Positions 1 to 12,795 of a DNA stretch of 64,000 bases are shown in pieces. Under the pieces are notes generated by a model, which worked only from the letters and a program-made list of their open reading frames with translations, searched no databases and had not been told where the DNA came from. A program made the translations under genes and the position numbers. The stretch comes from Octopus sinensis. Lineage: Eukaryota. Location: assembly GCF_006345805.1 (NCBI RefSeq), contig NC_042999.1, forward strand, positions 89,218,001 through 89,282,000. The letters are read 5' to 3'. Numbering within the stretch: the stretch's first letter is position 1; every line of letters starts with the position of its first letter.

Positions 1-118
1 TGAGTTCAAATTCCGCCGAGGTCGACTTTGCCTTTCATCCATTCGGGATCTATTAAATAAGTACCAGTTACGCACTGGGGGTCGATATAATCGACTAAAT
101 CCGTTTGTCTGTCCTTGT
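1..118 (+). mobile_element. SINE fragment with Meta-like central domain (cut by window start)
   Basis: GAGTTCAAATTCCGCCGAGGTCGACTTTGCCTTTCATCC...AAATAAGTACCAG; the same motif recurs about a dozen times in the window and resembles the MetaSINE/Sauria-SINE central domain. Confidence 0.8.
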
Positions 119-119
119 T

Positions 120-320
120 TGGTGAGGGGGTTACAAACACAGACAAAAGACATACACATATATACATACGACGGGCTTCTTTCAGTTTCCGTCTACCAAA
201 TCCACTCACAAGGCTTTGGTGGTTCCGAAGCTATAGTAGAAGACACTTGCCCAAGTTGCCATACAGCGGGACTGAATCCGGAACCATGTAGTTGCGAAGG
301 AAACTTCTTACCACACAGCC
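120..320 (-). mobile_element. tRNA-derived CORE-like SINE (family B), partial
   Basis: Reverse complement of GGCTGTGTGGTAAG...CCTTGGGCAAGTGTCTTCTACTATAG...GGTAGACGGAAACTGAAAGAAGCCCGTCG seen in many copies. Confidence 0.8.
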
Positions 321-1900
321 TCTGTCTATGTCTGAAGATATACAATATCTATATATTTTTATCTGCATATAGTCTTATATGAACCATAAAATAGTAGAAC
401 AACATCCTAATAATCTTTAACAAAGCTATATACACAAATAATCTTGATCTGTCACAAGAAAATCTTTAACCAGCCCAAATTGCTATTTAAATATGATACA
501 TCATCAGCCGCAGGAATCACTATTCAACTTTCCTTATAACGACTCACTATGCAGACAGGCCTGAGTGAAAGCAATGATAAAATTTCCTTATAAAATCAGA
601 CTGGCTGTATTTAACATGCTTTTCTATTGTCCTTCTCAACCCCCTTCCTATTCAACAACTTCTGTCTGTCATACTCACTTATACCACTCCTAATTTTCAT
701 GTTTTGATCCAATCACCAAAGAAACACTCTACCTAAAACAGAATATGTACGGCTCGAACTTTACAACAATCTGATAACGGCGAGTAAGCCGAAGCTTCAA
801 AGTAACTGTCAACATTTTTCGTGAAGAAATTTATGTGTGTGCGTATATGCTCTGCATTTTAAATTGATGTAATGATTGCATTGTTTAATTAAATAGAGTT
901 GCATGAAACGATCGTACTGCATTACCTCTGGATATCCTTGTTGCTTATTTTGATTAATGTATATACATATATAGTTACACACACACACAAACACACACAC
1001 ACACACAACAAGTATATATAATACTATATATGTGTGTCACAGTATGTGTGTTTACTTGTGTGTGCGTAAGTTGTCACTCGATAGTGGATACCACGTCCGT
1101 AGTGAGATGGATGTTGAATAGTCTGTTACATACCAATCAGGACCGTAATCAGGACCAGAATCCATATCAAATGGCAAAACAGACTGAAAGTTCTGCCCGA
1201 CTCTGGCACTGAACCAGACTGATATGATACTTATAACTGAAGTGAAGTAATGTAAAGTAAAGTGTTTGGCTTTGAAACATAACTAATGACAACTGTAGAT
1301 GTGTGCACGTTTTCTATCTTTGGCATAGTTTTAGGGCGTCCGCACTGTTTAATATATATTTATTTTATCGGCCTTACGAAAATATAAATAAATGCTATCT
1401 ATTTAGGTAGTTTGAAATTATTTTTAATTATAGATCATACAATTGCTATCCACTATGACGTCTGATGATAGTAACTTTCATCAATCCCATCCGAGAAAGA
1501 TCTCACAACTTCTCCCTAGAACTCACAATCCTGCTATACTACACTTAGATCTTGCACTTCATTTTACGAATATTTGGTATTACGCTAGATATTCGTAACA
1601 TCAATAGCAATTTTTCTCAAACTTAACCAAGATATCCAATGCATATACGATACCCCTTTTGCAAAAGCAGTGTTTAGCAAATTAGACTCTACGCACTTCA
1701 GTTTTTGTAACATGAATGACAAAGTACTGTAAATTTGTTGTAGTATTGGGTATGCTTTCCACGAACGATTTTGTACTTAACGTTGAAGTCGATTATAGGA
1801 AGTATTCATGTTTCAGAGTCACGCAAGAGTAGTGGCTCAACAATGGGAGCAAGAAAGATATTGATGTGAAAGGTCTGTCTTAAATCAAATGTCTACAAAC

Positions 1901-2115
1901 TGATTTCAAATTTTGGCACAAGGCCAGCAATTTCGAGGACTGGAGTAACTTGATTGCATCGATTCCAGTGTCCATCCAACTGGTACATATTTTGTCGACT
2001 CCGAAAGCGTGAAAGGCAAAGTCAGCCTCGATGGAATTTGAACTCAGAGTGTAAAGACGGGTGAAATGTCGCTAAGCAGTTTTCCCCGGCGTGCTAATGA
2101 TTCTGCCAATTCGCC
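1901..2115 (-). mobile_element. Meta-like SINE, diverged near-full copy
   Basis: Reverse complement of the head, GAGTTCAAATTCC, CTTTGCCTTTCA and the GCTGGCCTTGTGCC tail. Confidence 0.75.
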
Positions 2116-3098
2116 TTCAAATATTGGCACGTTACATCTTCCTTTGTATCCAGGCTGCGTTTGTCAAGCTGGGAAACGACAACTAATATTGTTAGCGTAC
2201 TAAGGAGGCGGGTTTTCAGTTGGAGATTGTATTTTGCTGATGCGGGTTCCTGGAAATGGTAAAGCAGAGAATACATTAGTTATTGCAATTGAAAATAGAG
2301 AAAGAGAGCTTCACATGAAATATATAAAGAAACAGTAGAGTTGTTTAGCACCAGGGGAAGTCGTTTTCATCCTGCCTTCCAGTATGTCTAAAACAGTAGG
2401 CTGTAATATTATGTGATATAAGAGAATTTGGTTTCTATTTCTAGCAGGTTGAGAGAGAGCCTTGAGGCTCTCACTGAAATTGTGTGTAGTGAATATAGGA
2501 GTATTTCCTAAAGATGCCAGTGGCAATACTTCGTCTACAGAGACAAGAGAGAGAAACAAACGAGAAGAGAGATAGATAGACAGGCACACAGACAAATTGA
2601 GAGGTTAAGAAAGAAAGAAAGAAAGAAAAGGAAGGAGAGAAGACACAAGGAGTGAAAAGCGAGTGAAAGAAGAGAAAGCGGGAGGAAATTCAATTACAAA
2701 ATGAATATAGTGTTAGCTATAAAACTCAAACCATGAAGATAAGTTTTGACTTCAATTCAGATGTATGTTTAAACAGTCAATATGAAAGGGTAATTTGTTA
2801 AGTTTTATCTCTTAACAAATTGAGCTTAATGTAAGTTCGTGTTCTGTAAAATTTTGTGATTATCCTTAGATACCGCATGGTAGACACAACTGCCCGGAAA
2901 GCAGTAAAACTCTATGTCTGACAAGTGGTTCGTTAATTGGCAGATACGAGTTCGAATTCTCTTGTAGTTGTGAGGAATGCGGCGGAGAATTACTATGGTG
3001 TTATCTTTTGATATATACGTATCTATATACGCGTGTATACACATATTTCATTATAAGCACAGCGCACATACATATATGCAACTATGTATGTGTGTGTG

Positions 3099-3136
<38 letters not shown>

Positions 3137-3191
3137 GATGTATGTGTGTGTGTATGTGTGTGTGTGCGTGTGTGTGTGTGTGAATGTGCGT

Positions 3192-3483
3192 GCCTTCGTG
3201 GTTAGGGCATTTCGCTAATTCAATTCCCGGCGACGGTTTGTGTCCTTCAGCAAGACACTTCCTTTTACGTTGCTCCAGTCCACTCAGCTGGCAAAAATGA
3301 GTAGTACCTGTATTTCAGTAGGTCAGTTTTATCACACTCTGTGTCACGCTGAATCTCTTTCAGAACTACATTGAGGATATACGTGTCTGTGGATTGCTCA
3401 GTCACTTGCACATTAACTTCACGAGCAAGGTGTTCCGTTGATCGTATCATCTGGGACCCTCGTCATCGTAACCGACAGAGTGG
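3192..3483 (+). mobile_element. CORE-like SINE (family C)
   Basis: GTGTCCTTCAGCAAGACACTT...TTGCTCCAGTCCACTCAGCTGG; tail GTTCCGTTGATCGTATC...CGTCATCGTAACCGAC matches the minus copy at 19768-20054. Confidence 0.7.
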
Positions 3484-3485
3484 TC

Positions 3486-3540
<55 letters not shown>

Positions 3541-3717
3541 TATAGACTTCACTAAGGTAACTAAGGGTTCTAGTCAGAAATTAAAGTCAGAACAACTCTT
3601 AGCCACGTGGAAGTAAGTACTTGTCTAATGACTGACATGGGATTCGGATTCTTAAATATGCTAAGCCACTAGTTTTAATTGATTAACGTCAATTTCTACA
3701 CTTATTATTTACTTATA

Positions 3718-3799
<82 letters not shown>

Positions 3800-4964
3800 G
3801 TTTCATAGACTCGTACATTCACTTGTATATCTGGGAACAAGGTGGTATATTAAATATTTATACAGTACAATACGATTCCCCCTTACAACCCATTTACCAA
3901 TGAGTTTCGTGCACGAAATTTTTTGGGAAAAAAAAAAATTTTAATACAACAATGTCAGCACTCATCCTATAGTCTGATATAAAAGCATGGTGCAGGCACT
4001 TCGCCACTAGAAGTCAGAAAGTGTCACAACGAAAAATTTGTGGAAGAAACTTTTGTGGGCTCAGATAAGTTAGGCCACCGCGATGTGTGGGAAAACGCCT
4101 GTAGAGTGAGATTGGGAGCAGGGTGATGTTAGAATAGGTGTTGATGAGGAGGGGTCAGTTTAAAAAAAAAACATGTCTGGACTTGTAGATATTTGTGTGA
4201 GTGTGTGTGTGTTTATGGGCGTGGTAAACCTTATATCAAAACTTGAGATTGTGATATGGAGAAATACTGGTAATAGAAGCCCTAACATTTATATCTATAG
4301 TGCGGTCCATGAGTATCTTTGGACTTATCTCCCCTCATGAGAGCAGGATCAGAAAATCTCGCTTTAAAATTTTGGTAGGTGTCCAGATGGAGAGAATTCT
4401 TCAGTATAATTCTTTTTTTCTCGTTTAATAAAGCGCCGCAGATTACATTATCAAGTGGAAAGTCTGGAAATTTTACTTCAGCTGCAGTAGAAGGTGCAGG
4501 TTCTGCTGCATTGAGACTATAATATTGTATTATTTAAATATGTGTGTATGTATCTGTGTGTGTGTGTGTGTATGTGTGTGTGTGCGTTTATGTGTATAGG
4601 TGTGGGTGGGTAGTATATATGTATATATATTTGTGTGCGTACATGTTTTGGTGTATGCGTGTGTGTGTGTATGTTTGTGTATGTGTGTGTATGTGTATGT
4701 ATGTATGTGTGTGTGTTTGTGTATGTCTGTGTTTGTGTGTGTGTTTGTGCGTGTGTGTTTGTGTTTGTGTGTGTGTGTGTTTGTGTGTGTGTGTATACAG
4801 GCATCTCAAAATTAAAGATTAGTCATTGTACTGTTTTATCTATGAGGACACCCCACTGGAGCTTCAGACTTGTTGTTAAAGTATTATTTCTCATTTTAGA
4901 TTACAGTATATTAATTGCTTATAGCAAATGACTATGCAGCGAACACCAGAAGCAAAAATATTGT

Positions 4965-5150
4965 CTGATTTTCAAAGAGAGCATTCTTCAGGTCAACGCG
5001 AAGGTGGACTCAGCCAATGTGGAATTGCATAAAACAGACTGATTTTACAATACCCAATTAATGGAAAAGAATCAACAGCATGCTGCTCAGGTTGACCTGA
5101 GTCCTCTTATAAGTGTTTTCGGGCTGTCAAGCAGACAGTTGAAAATAATC
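4965..5150 (+). pseudogene. Tc1-like transposase N-terminal relic
   Basis: Broken translation DFQRE(H)ILQ..GGLSQCGIA...RAVKQ resembles the Tc1 N-terminal HTH (DFQRGQILELHKQGLSQRAIA); frameshifted. Confidence 0.35.
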
Positions 5151-5495
5151 CCCTTTTGTAAGGTAGCTGATGCTGCAGAGCGACTCCAAATGAATCGGAG
5201 TACTTCTAGTGAGGTATTTCTCTTAACTTGGCTACTGTTGTATAGAGTTAGAAAGAAACCTCTTCTTTAACCTGCAAATATTGGGGGGAAGAAAGAAAAA
5301 ATATAAATCTTTCAAAAATGATGGTGTCTATTTACTTCTGAGCTGTCTGTACATGCATTAATACGTACACATACATACACACACAAATACATACATACAA
5401 GCAGGCATACATACATACATACATACATACATACATACATACGTACGTACGTACGTACATACATACATACATACATACATACATACATACATACA

Positions 5496-5526
<31 letters not shown>

Positions 5527-6414
5527 GTATGTGCACATATATATGTGCGTACATTTCATTCGCTTTATATTAAACACCAAGAGCTGGTTGCTATTCTTGG
5601 AAAAAACTTCGCGGAAACCTGTCTCAGTGCTCAGCCACGGAAGAACGAATAACTTCCAAAACAGCAAAATGTCCTGATGTTCTGCAAACAACTTGCCCAT
5701 GCAAGTGCAATCAGTCGAAAGCCCCGCATACCGGAAGCCAGCAAGTGTATGGGGTCACCAGGAGGGAATGCGTGCCGTTTCAGGGCGTACCTCTCAACGG
5801 CATCATTGCGTACCGCCTGCCCCCTCACTGATATGAGGCCCGGCTTGCTAGATCAACTGGTTATCAGATAAAGCTCAATATTCTTCTAGCCATCGCTCAT
5901 CGTCTCTTTTTAACCAAATCCAGTGGCTAGCCTTTTCCACAGTAGTTTGGATATCGGTCATGGTGATATTTACTTTACCATGAGTTTACTAAAGGTCAGC
6001 CATGCAGAACATTTTCTTTATTTTGTATACACCCATTTTATTTTTTTATAAGAGTGTATTAAAAGGATCGCAGAAGAAAGATTAATTCTTTTTCATTCTT
6101 CTCGTTTACATGTATTTCCCATAATCATTGGTCATAGTTCCGATACATTCTAATTAGCCATAGAGTACTCCGAGTGAACGAGTAAAATGTAACTATATGT
6201 AAATTTACTACATACTTTCATGCGTAAATGTATTCATGCATGTATGAGAAAAGTATCCATGTCATTTCTGTTTACTACATTCTACTCACAAGGTATTAAT
6301 CAATTCGAGGCCACGATAGAAAGAAGACTCTTGCCACAAGTGCCATGCAGTTGGATCGAACTCAGAACGTCTTAGCCAAAACAGAGACGTCTGCCTCCAA
6401 GAGCATAACATTTA

Positions 6415-7214
6415 ATTTGGCGGCGAGCTGGCAGAAACGTTAGCACGCCGGGCGAAATGCTTTGTGGTATTTCGTCCGCCGTTACGTTCTGAGTTCAAAT
6501 TCCGCCGAGGTTGACTTTGCTTTTCATCCTTTCGGGGTCGATAAATTAAGTACCAGTTACGCACTGGGGTCGATATAATCGACTTAATCCATTTGTCTGT
6601 CCTTGTTTGTCCTCTCTGTGTTTAGCCCCTTGTAGGTAGTAAAGAAATAGGTATTTCGTCCGCCGCTGCGTTCTGAGTTCAAATTCCGTCGATGTCGACT
6701 TTGCCTTTCATCCTTTCGGGATCGATTAAATAAGTACCAGTTACGCACTGGGGTCGATATAATCAACTTAATCCGTTTGTCCTTGTTTGTCCTATCTGTG
6801 TTTAGCCCCTTGTGGATAGTAAAGAAATAGGTATTTCGTCTGCCGCTACGTTCTGAGTTCAAATTCCGCCGAGGTCGACTTTGCAATTCATCCTTTCGGG
6901 GTCGATTAAATAAGTACCAGTTACGCACTGGGGTCGATGTATATCGACTTAATCACTTTGTCTGTCCTTGTTTGTCCCCTTTATGTTTAGCCCCTTGTGG
7001 GCAATAAAGAAATAAGAAACGTTAGCATGCCGGGCGCAATGCTTTGCGGTATTTCGCCTGTCTTTATGTTCTGAGTTCAAATTCCGCCGAGATTGACTTT
7101 GCCTTTCATCTTTTCGGGGTCGATAAATTAAGTACCAGTTGCATACTAGGGTCGATCTAATCGACTAGCCCCCACCCCCAAGATTTCAGGCCTTGTGCCT
7201 AGAGTAGAAAAGAT
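6415..7214 (+). repeat. Head-to-tail array of four Meta-like SINE units
   Basis: GTATTTCG anchor at 6467, 6651, 6831 and 7049 (periods 184, 180, 218 bp); only units 1 and 4 carry head sequence. Confidence 0.9.
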
Positions 7215-9202
7215 ATACAAGCAAGCTAAGCGGTATGAAACAAAGATTGGCCAAACATTACAATTTCCTATTCTAAGACTAAACTCATAGACTGATAAAG
7301 AACATAGAAAGTAAAGAAACACCAGGTGAGACAGCTTACAAGTATCTCATATTTTATGGGAGATAATGCGACAAAATTAAAAGCATCTGCAATTAAACGT
7401 TGATTTAATATTATCAATATTTTAATTCGAGCTTTAAATGAAGGTTTGCCTGAAATCAGAAAATGCTTACTTATCAGAAATGAGCCTGCTCATTAAAATT
7501 GCATCAACTTAACAGTATACTCTTTTTCATGTTCCAACCTGCGATGTCGGGCCATGCTTGAACAATGCTGTTGCTACATTTTTACTAATCTTCTCTTTAT
7601 GTTTGCTCTTTGGTGAAGGAGAGAATTCTATGCTGCTGCCCTCTCTTGCGTTTCTTGGGAAATGTAAGTATAAATATATTTCTACTGAACATCTGAATCT
7701 TAGGATGATCCTTTTGATCAATTTCATTTTATACGGTGAGAATTCTTGAAATTACTCTAGATTTACAGAGAATTCTATTACTTCATCTACAAAAGGAGCA
7801 ACATTAGAAGCAATATGAAAAAAAGTACTAAACGGAATGCGCAAAGTTACACTGTCGAAGTATAAAACACGAAGCTTTTATGAAAGAAAAAAACTTTGGA
7901 AATTTGAAAAACAAAAACAGTACATTTAAAAGAACGAAAACACAACTATTTGAGAATAAACAAGAAAGAGTTAGAAGTAAAAAGTAAAAAGAAATTAGTT
8001 CGAGTTTGTGTTAACGGCGTCTTTCTATGGCGACAGACGCACTGTCATTGTCTGATAGAATCATACTGTGCCACTTGAGATGGCTACAATTCTCTCACAG
8101 AAATGCCCCTTCCTACAAACAAAAATGTCACATCTACAAGATTGACATCTTATCTTACAATACGCCTAATCATTGCAGCGACTTGTGTGACGTTTTAACG
8201 AGCATTACAGTCTGTCTACAAAGCTGTCTGCTTTAGGTAGAAGGCCGTTACGTGTTTCCTCAGAAGCTGAATGACTGACTATATGTGAAGAAAATATATA
8301 TTTATGAAATACAAAATCTACCCTTTACACACAAACAAAACACGCAAGCACACACAACCATTTGCTTACACATAAACATACGTTTAGATACACACACATA
8401 CTGACAATTTTTATCTGCCTGTTTACATATTTGTGCCTACGAAAGTATTTGTATATAAGTCAATATTTTCAAAGGTAGTTGAGAGGAAGAGGGATCACAA
8501 AGAAAGATGGCGTCAGGGTTGTTTGTTACATGAACTGTGGTGGCAATATCCTATCTTTATATTGTTCACCATGTCTGGGTTATGTTCTGTAGATTGTGTA
8601 TTTAACAGTTGAGCTAGCAATTTTGTAATACTAGTGGCACCTAACACTATGCATACATATCGATTATAAGTATACATGTAACCTGTTCGGTCAGGTTTGT
8701 TCTCACCTTTAAAAAAAAACAGTTCCGTTTTCTCAATACGTTTGTATGAATCAATCATAGCTGGCTTGAACATTTCGCTGACTTTGTAATGACAGGTAGT
8801 AATTACATGAAAAAGTAATGTCAACTACGGCTTCTATAATTATAGTCTTAATATTACATGATTTTGAAATGAGTTACTAATTCTATTTTAAAAACATTTA
8901 ACGCTTCATTCTGTACCATCTATACGACATGATTGTAAGCTGGTTTTATACAAGTTCGATCATCGTAAGTCGGGCAGAGCTCGTTCAAATTTCTTTGCTT
9001 TACTCGTGTAACCTTGTATAAAACGGTTTGCAATACGTTTAGTTGTGAAAATAGCTGTTATAAAATTCTCGAAGAACATCTGACAGACCCAGAATAATTC
9101 ATTCTGTTACTTTAAAATCGAAGCTTTAGTATTTTATAAATATTTTGTTTACATTAGTGTAAAGAAGGTGATTATTTTATCGATTTCTGCGCTATACACA
9201 CA

Positions 9203-9288
<86 letters not shown>

Positions 9289-9371
9289 CATACATACACA
9301 CACATACATACATACATACATACATACATACATACATACATACATACATACACACACACATACACACATAC

Positions 9372-9546
9372 ATACCACGTGTGTACCGTTGGCGATTCTT
9401 TTTCCTCTGTCTTCTCTTCCGACGAAGAGCTCCACTCGAAACGTTAAACCCTCCTTCTTCCCTTCCTTCCTGAGTGTCCAATAATACTATATTTGTTCCA
9501 CGTCCTCGCGTTGTTGTGTTTTCTCTTTGTGTTTTCATGTTTGGAT

Positions 9547-9551
<5 letters not shown>
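9372..9551 (+). mobile_element. Microsatellite-embedded short element with degenerate minimal hammerhead (9417-9447)
   Basis: TT CCGACGA A GAG ctcca CTC GAAA CG T T AA; flanked by (CATA)n and (TA)n; shares downstream motifs with 16015-16232. Confidence 0.6.
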
Positions 9552-9605
<54 letters not shown>

Positions 9606-9687
9606 GTGTGTGTGTGTTGGATAATAAAACTAATAGTTACACCTGGTAGCTAACTGGTAAAGCACGGTCACTTTCACAGTGATCGTT

Positions 9688-9940
9688 ATGTATATGGCAA
9701 ATGAAAGACGGAAGATGGAATATGCGAGAATTTATTATTAATCATGACAATTGTTTCAAAACATCTGGCATCGATCCCTCACAGGTGGAACACTCAACAA
9801 CTGGTTCAGGAGCATTCGGAGGTTCAGATGTTGAGCCTCCCACACGTGAGGGATCGATGCTAGATGTGTCGAAATAAGTGGCGTTATTTATAATATATTC
9901 TCGTTTATTCCATCTTCCGTCTTTCATTTGCCATATGCAT
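9688..9940. mobile_element. Fold-back/MITE-like hairpin of ~250 bp
   Basis: TATGGCAAATGAAAGACGGAAGATGGAATA and its exact reverse complement at the ends; ACATCTGGCATCGATCCCTCAC/GTGAGGGATCGATGCTAGATGT and CTCAACA/TGTTGAG pair internally. Confidence 0.85.
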
Positions 9941-9957
9941 ATATATGTGTGTGTGTA

Positions 9958-12120
9958 TCTCTTCTCTGTCACGTGACTGTTGGCCGAAATCTGCCTTTCA
10001 GCTCCTGACCCTCGTCGTGTTAACATCGTGTTTTTCGTCCGCCGCTATAAAGGCTTTTTCCAATGCGCCAGAGAAAAATTTGTTTGCTTGTTATCAGTCG
10101 TAAGACACTTGTTGTTTTCACCGTTAATGCTTCTGTATTTCATGTTCTGTATTCCATTATTGTTTTTTTTTTTTTTTTTTTATATCTGTCCCTTTTGCTG
10201 TCCTGGTGTTCGTATGCATTCGATCCTTCTTCCAGGAAATCTACGCTTCCAGCTTAGTTTTTCTAATGCTCGTTGCTTAGTTTTTCTTGGAGGGCTGGCC
10301 GTGATCTAGTAATCTCAAGATTAATCAGCCGAAATTACTACGATGATCCGGTTCTTGACTGAAGACTGAGGGGTTCGAATGTCCTGTCCATGTTTATTGT
10401 ATCGTCTTCTAAGAGTTATACGTTCTTGTCCATGTTGTATTTTTCTACATACCTTAACATATATTCCAGGCGCCCGTACCCCCCTTATCATTAATGTGAA
10501 CACATATTCTTAATAATTGGCACGACTCTCTGTTTGTCTCTCTCTTCTCTCATTTTTACTTGATCTGTCCCCCTCTCTCTCTTTTCTCTCTATTCATCTT
10601 CTCTTCCTCTGATCCTTTGGTCTAGTCTTCCACTACCCTCCTATTTCTTTGTCTCGCTCTGCACTCACAGGTCATTCTTCGACACCCATCCCTTCTCCTC
10701 TCTGATTCCTCTTTCTCTCTCTTCTCTCTTTGTTGCGTTTTGTCCCCCTTCTCTCTCTCTCTTCCTTTGCTTCTCTTTCTTTTCTTTTCCTCTTCTCTGT
10801 CACGTGACTGTTGGCCGAAATCTGCCTTTCAGCTCCTGACCCTCGTCGTGTTAACATCGTTGTTTTTCGTCCGCGCTATAAAGGCTTTTTCCAATGCGCC
10901 AGAGAAAAAATTTGTTTGCTTGTTATCAGTCGTAAGACACTTGTTGTTTTCACCGTTAATGCTTCTGTATTTCATGTTTCTGTATTCCATTATTGTTTTT
11001 TGTTTTTTTTTTTATATCTGTCCCTTTTGCTGTCCTGGGTTGTTCGTATGCATTCGATCCTTCTTCCAGGAAATCTACGCTTCCAGCTTAGTTTTTCTAA
11101 TGCTCGTTGCTTAGTTTTTCTTGGAGGGTGGCCGTGATCTAGTAATCTCAAGATTAATCAGCCGAAATTACTACGATGATCCGGTTCTTGACTGAAGACT
11201 GAGGGGTTCGAATGTCCTGTCCATGTTTATTGTATCGTCTTCTAAGAGTTATACGTTCTTGTCCATGTTGTATTTTTCTACATACCTTAACATATATTCC
11301 AGGCGCCCCGTACCCCCCTTATCATTAATGTGAACACATATTCTTAATAATTGGTACGACTCTCTGTTGTCTCTCTCTCTCTCTCATTTTTACTTGATCT
11401 GTCCCCCTCTCTCTCTCTTTTCTCTCTATTCATCTTCTCTTCCTCTGATCCTTTGGTCTAGTCTTCCACTACCCTCCTATTCTTTGTCTCGCTCTGCACT
11501 CACAGGTCATTCTTCGACACCCATCCCTTCTCCTCTCTGATTCCTTCTTTCTCTCTCTTCTCTTCTTTGTGCGTTTTGTCCCCCTCTCTCTCTCTTCCTT
11601 TGCTTCTCTTTCTTTTCTTTTCCCTCTTCTCTGTCACGTGACTGTTGGCCGAAATCTGCCTTTCAGCTCCTGACCCTCGTCGTGTTAACATCGTTGTTTT
11701 TCGTCCGCCGCTATAAAGGCTTTTTCCAATGCGCCAGAGAAAAAATTTGTTTGCTTGTTATCAGTCGTAAGACACTTGTTGTTTTCACCGTTAATGCTTC
11801 TGTATTTCATGTTTCTGTATTCCATTATTGTTTTTTGTTTTTTTTTTATATATCTGTCCCTTTTGCTGTCCTGGTGTTCGTATGCAATCGATCCTTCTTC
11901 CAGGAAATCTACGCTTCCAGCTTAGTTTTTCTAATGCTCGTTGCTTAGTTTTTCTTGGAGGGCTGGCCGTGATCTAGTAATCTCAAGATTAATCAGCCGA
12001 AATTACTACGATGATCCGGTTCTTGACTGAAGACTGAGGGGTTCGAATGTCCTGTCCATGTTTATTGTATCGTCTTCTAAGAGTTATACGTTCTTGTCCA
12101 TGTTGTATTTTCTACATACC

Positions 12121-12123
<3 letters not shown>
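9958..12123. repeat. Tandem array of ~2.6 copies of an ~830-bp unit
   Basis: CACGTGACTGTTGGCCGAAATC at 9970, 10801 and 11635 (periods 831, 834); copies differ mostly by 1-nt indels; bounded by (TA)(TG) and (TA)n. Confidence 0.95.
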
Positions 12124-12156
<33 letters not shown>

Positions 12157-12165
<9 letters not shown>

Positions 12166-12400
12166 ATAAATATTAGGGAATAAATCCAAATTTACAGGGA
12201 AAAAATCAGATTTAGGATTAAATCCAATTTTATAGTAAAATATTATAAAATATTATTAGAGACAAAACCACTATTTTGCAAAACAAACAAGGAAAGACTT
12301 AATCAATACATAAAATTTTAATAAATAGTCAAAAAAACCGCCACTACAATTGTTTCTTGTCTTGATCGACAATCTTCAGGTGGACTTCCAATAAGTCAGT
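12157..12400 (-). mobile_element. Microsatellite-embedded short element carrying an intact minimal hammerhead
   Basis: Bounded by (TA)n and (CA)/(TA) repeats; hammerhead near its 5' end on the - strand. Confidence 0.7.
12341..12383 (-). ncRNA. Minimal type I hammerhead ribozyme, intact core
   Basis: CCAC-CUGAAGA-UUGUC(GAUCAA)GACAA-GAAA-CAAUUG-UA-GUGG: 4-bp stem I, 5-bp stem II, palindromic stem III ACAAUUGU, GUA cleavage triplet. Confidence 0.8.
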
Positions 12401-12753
12401 TTCACACACACACACATATATACATACATACATACATAAATACCTGCATGTACATATGTAAATACATATTTATTCAAAGAAGTTCATCAATGAAAACAGT
12501 AATTTTGTGACTAGCGAAAATTAAACGACTGAAATTCACATGGGCAAATAAATATGATATTGCTTTATTGCTTTACTTGTTTCAGTCAGTTGACTGCGGC
12601 CATGCTGGAGCATCGCCCTGAGGTGCTTTAGTCGAACAAATCGATACCTACTGAACCACCAAGTTACGGAGACATTAACACCAACATCAAGCGGTGATGG
12701 AAGGAGAAGCACGAAAACACGCAACCAAACACCCACCCACCTACACACACACA

Positions 12754-12795
<42 letters not shown>

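Noticed and set aside
4517-4931. Long His/Thr, Val/Cys, Tyr/Ile ORFs here and at 13.2-13.8, 59.3-59.7 and 61.3-62.0 kb
   Set aside because: Translations of dinucleotide and tetranucleotide microsatellites, which lack stop codons by construction.
5580-5870. GC-richer island with a Cys-containing open frame
   Set aside because: No recognisable domain or splice sites; cannot be assigned.
6415-7214. CRISPR-like regular repeat
   Set aside because: Units are ~180-bp SINE bodies with no unique spacers, there are no cas genes, and the context is eukaryotic.
10280-10390. Hammerhead-like pieces in the 830-bp unit (GGCTG...CAGCC-GAAA; CTGAAGA...CGAATGTC)
   Set aside because: Neither has a complete core together with paired stems I and III.
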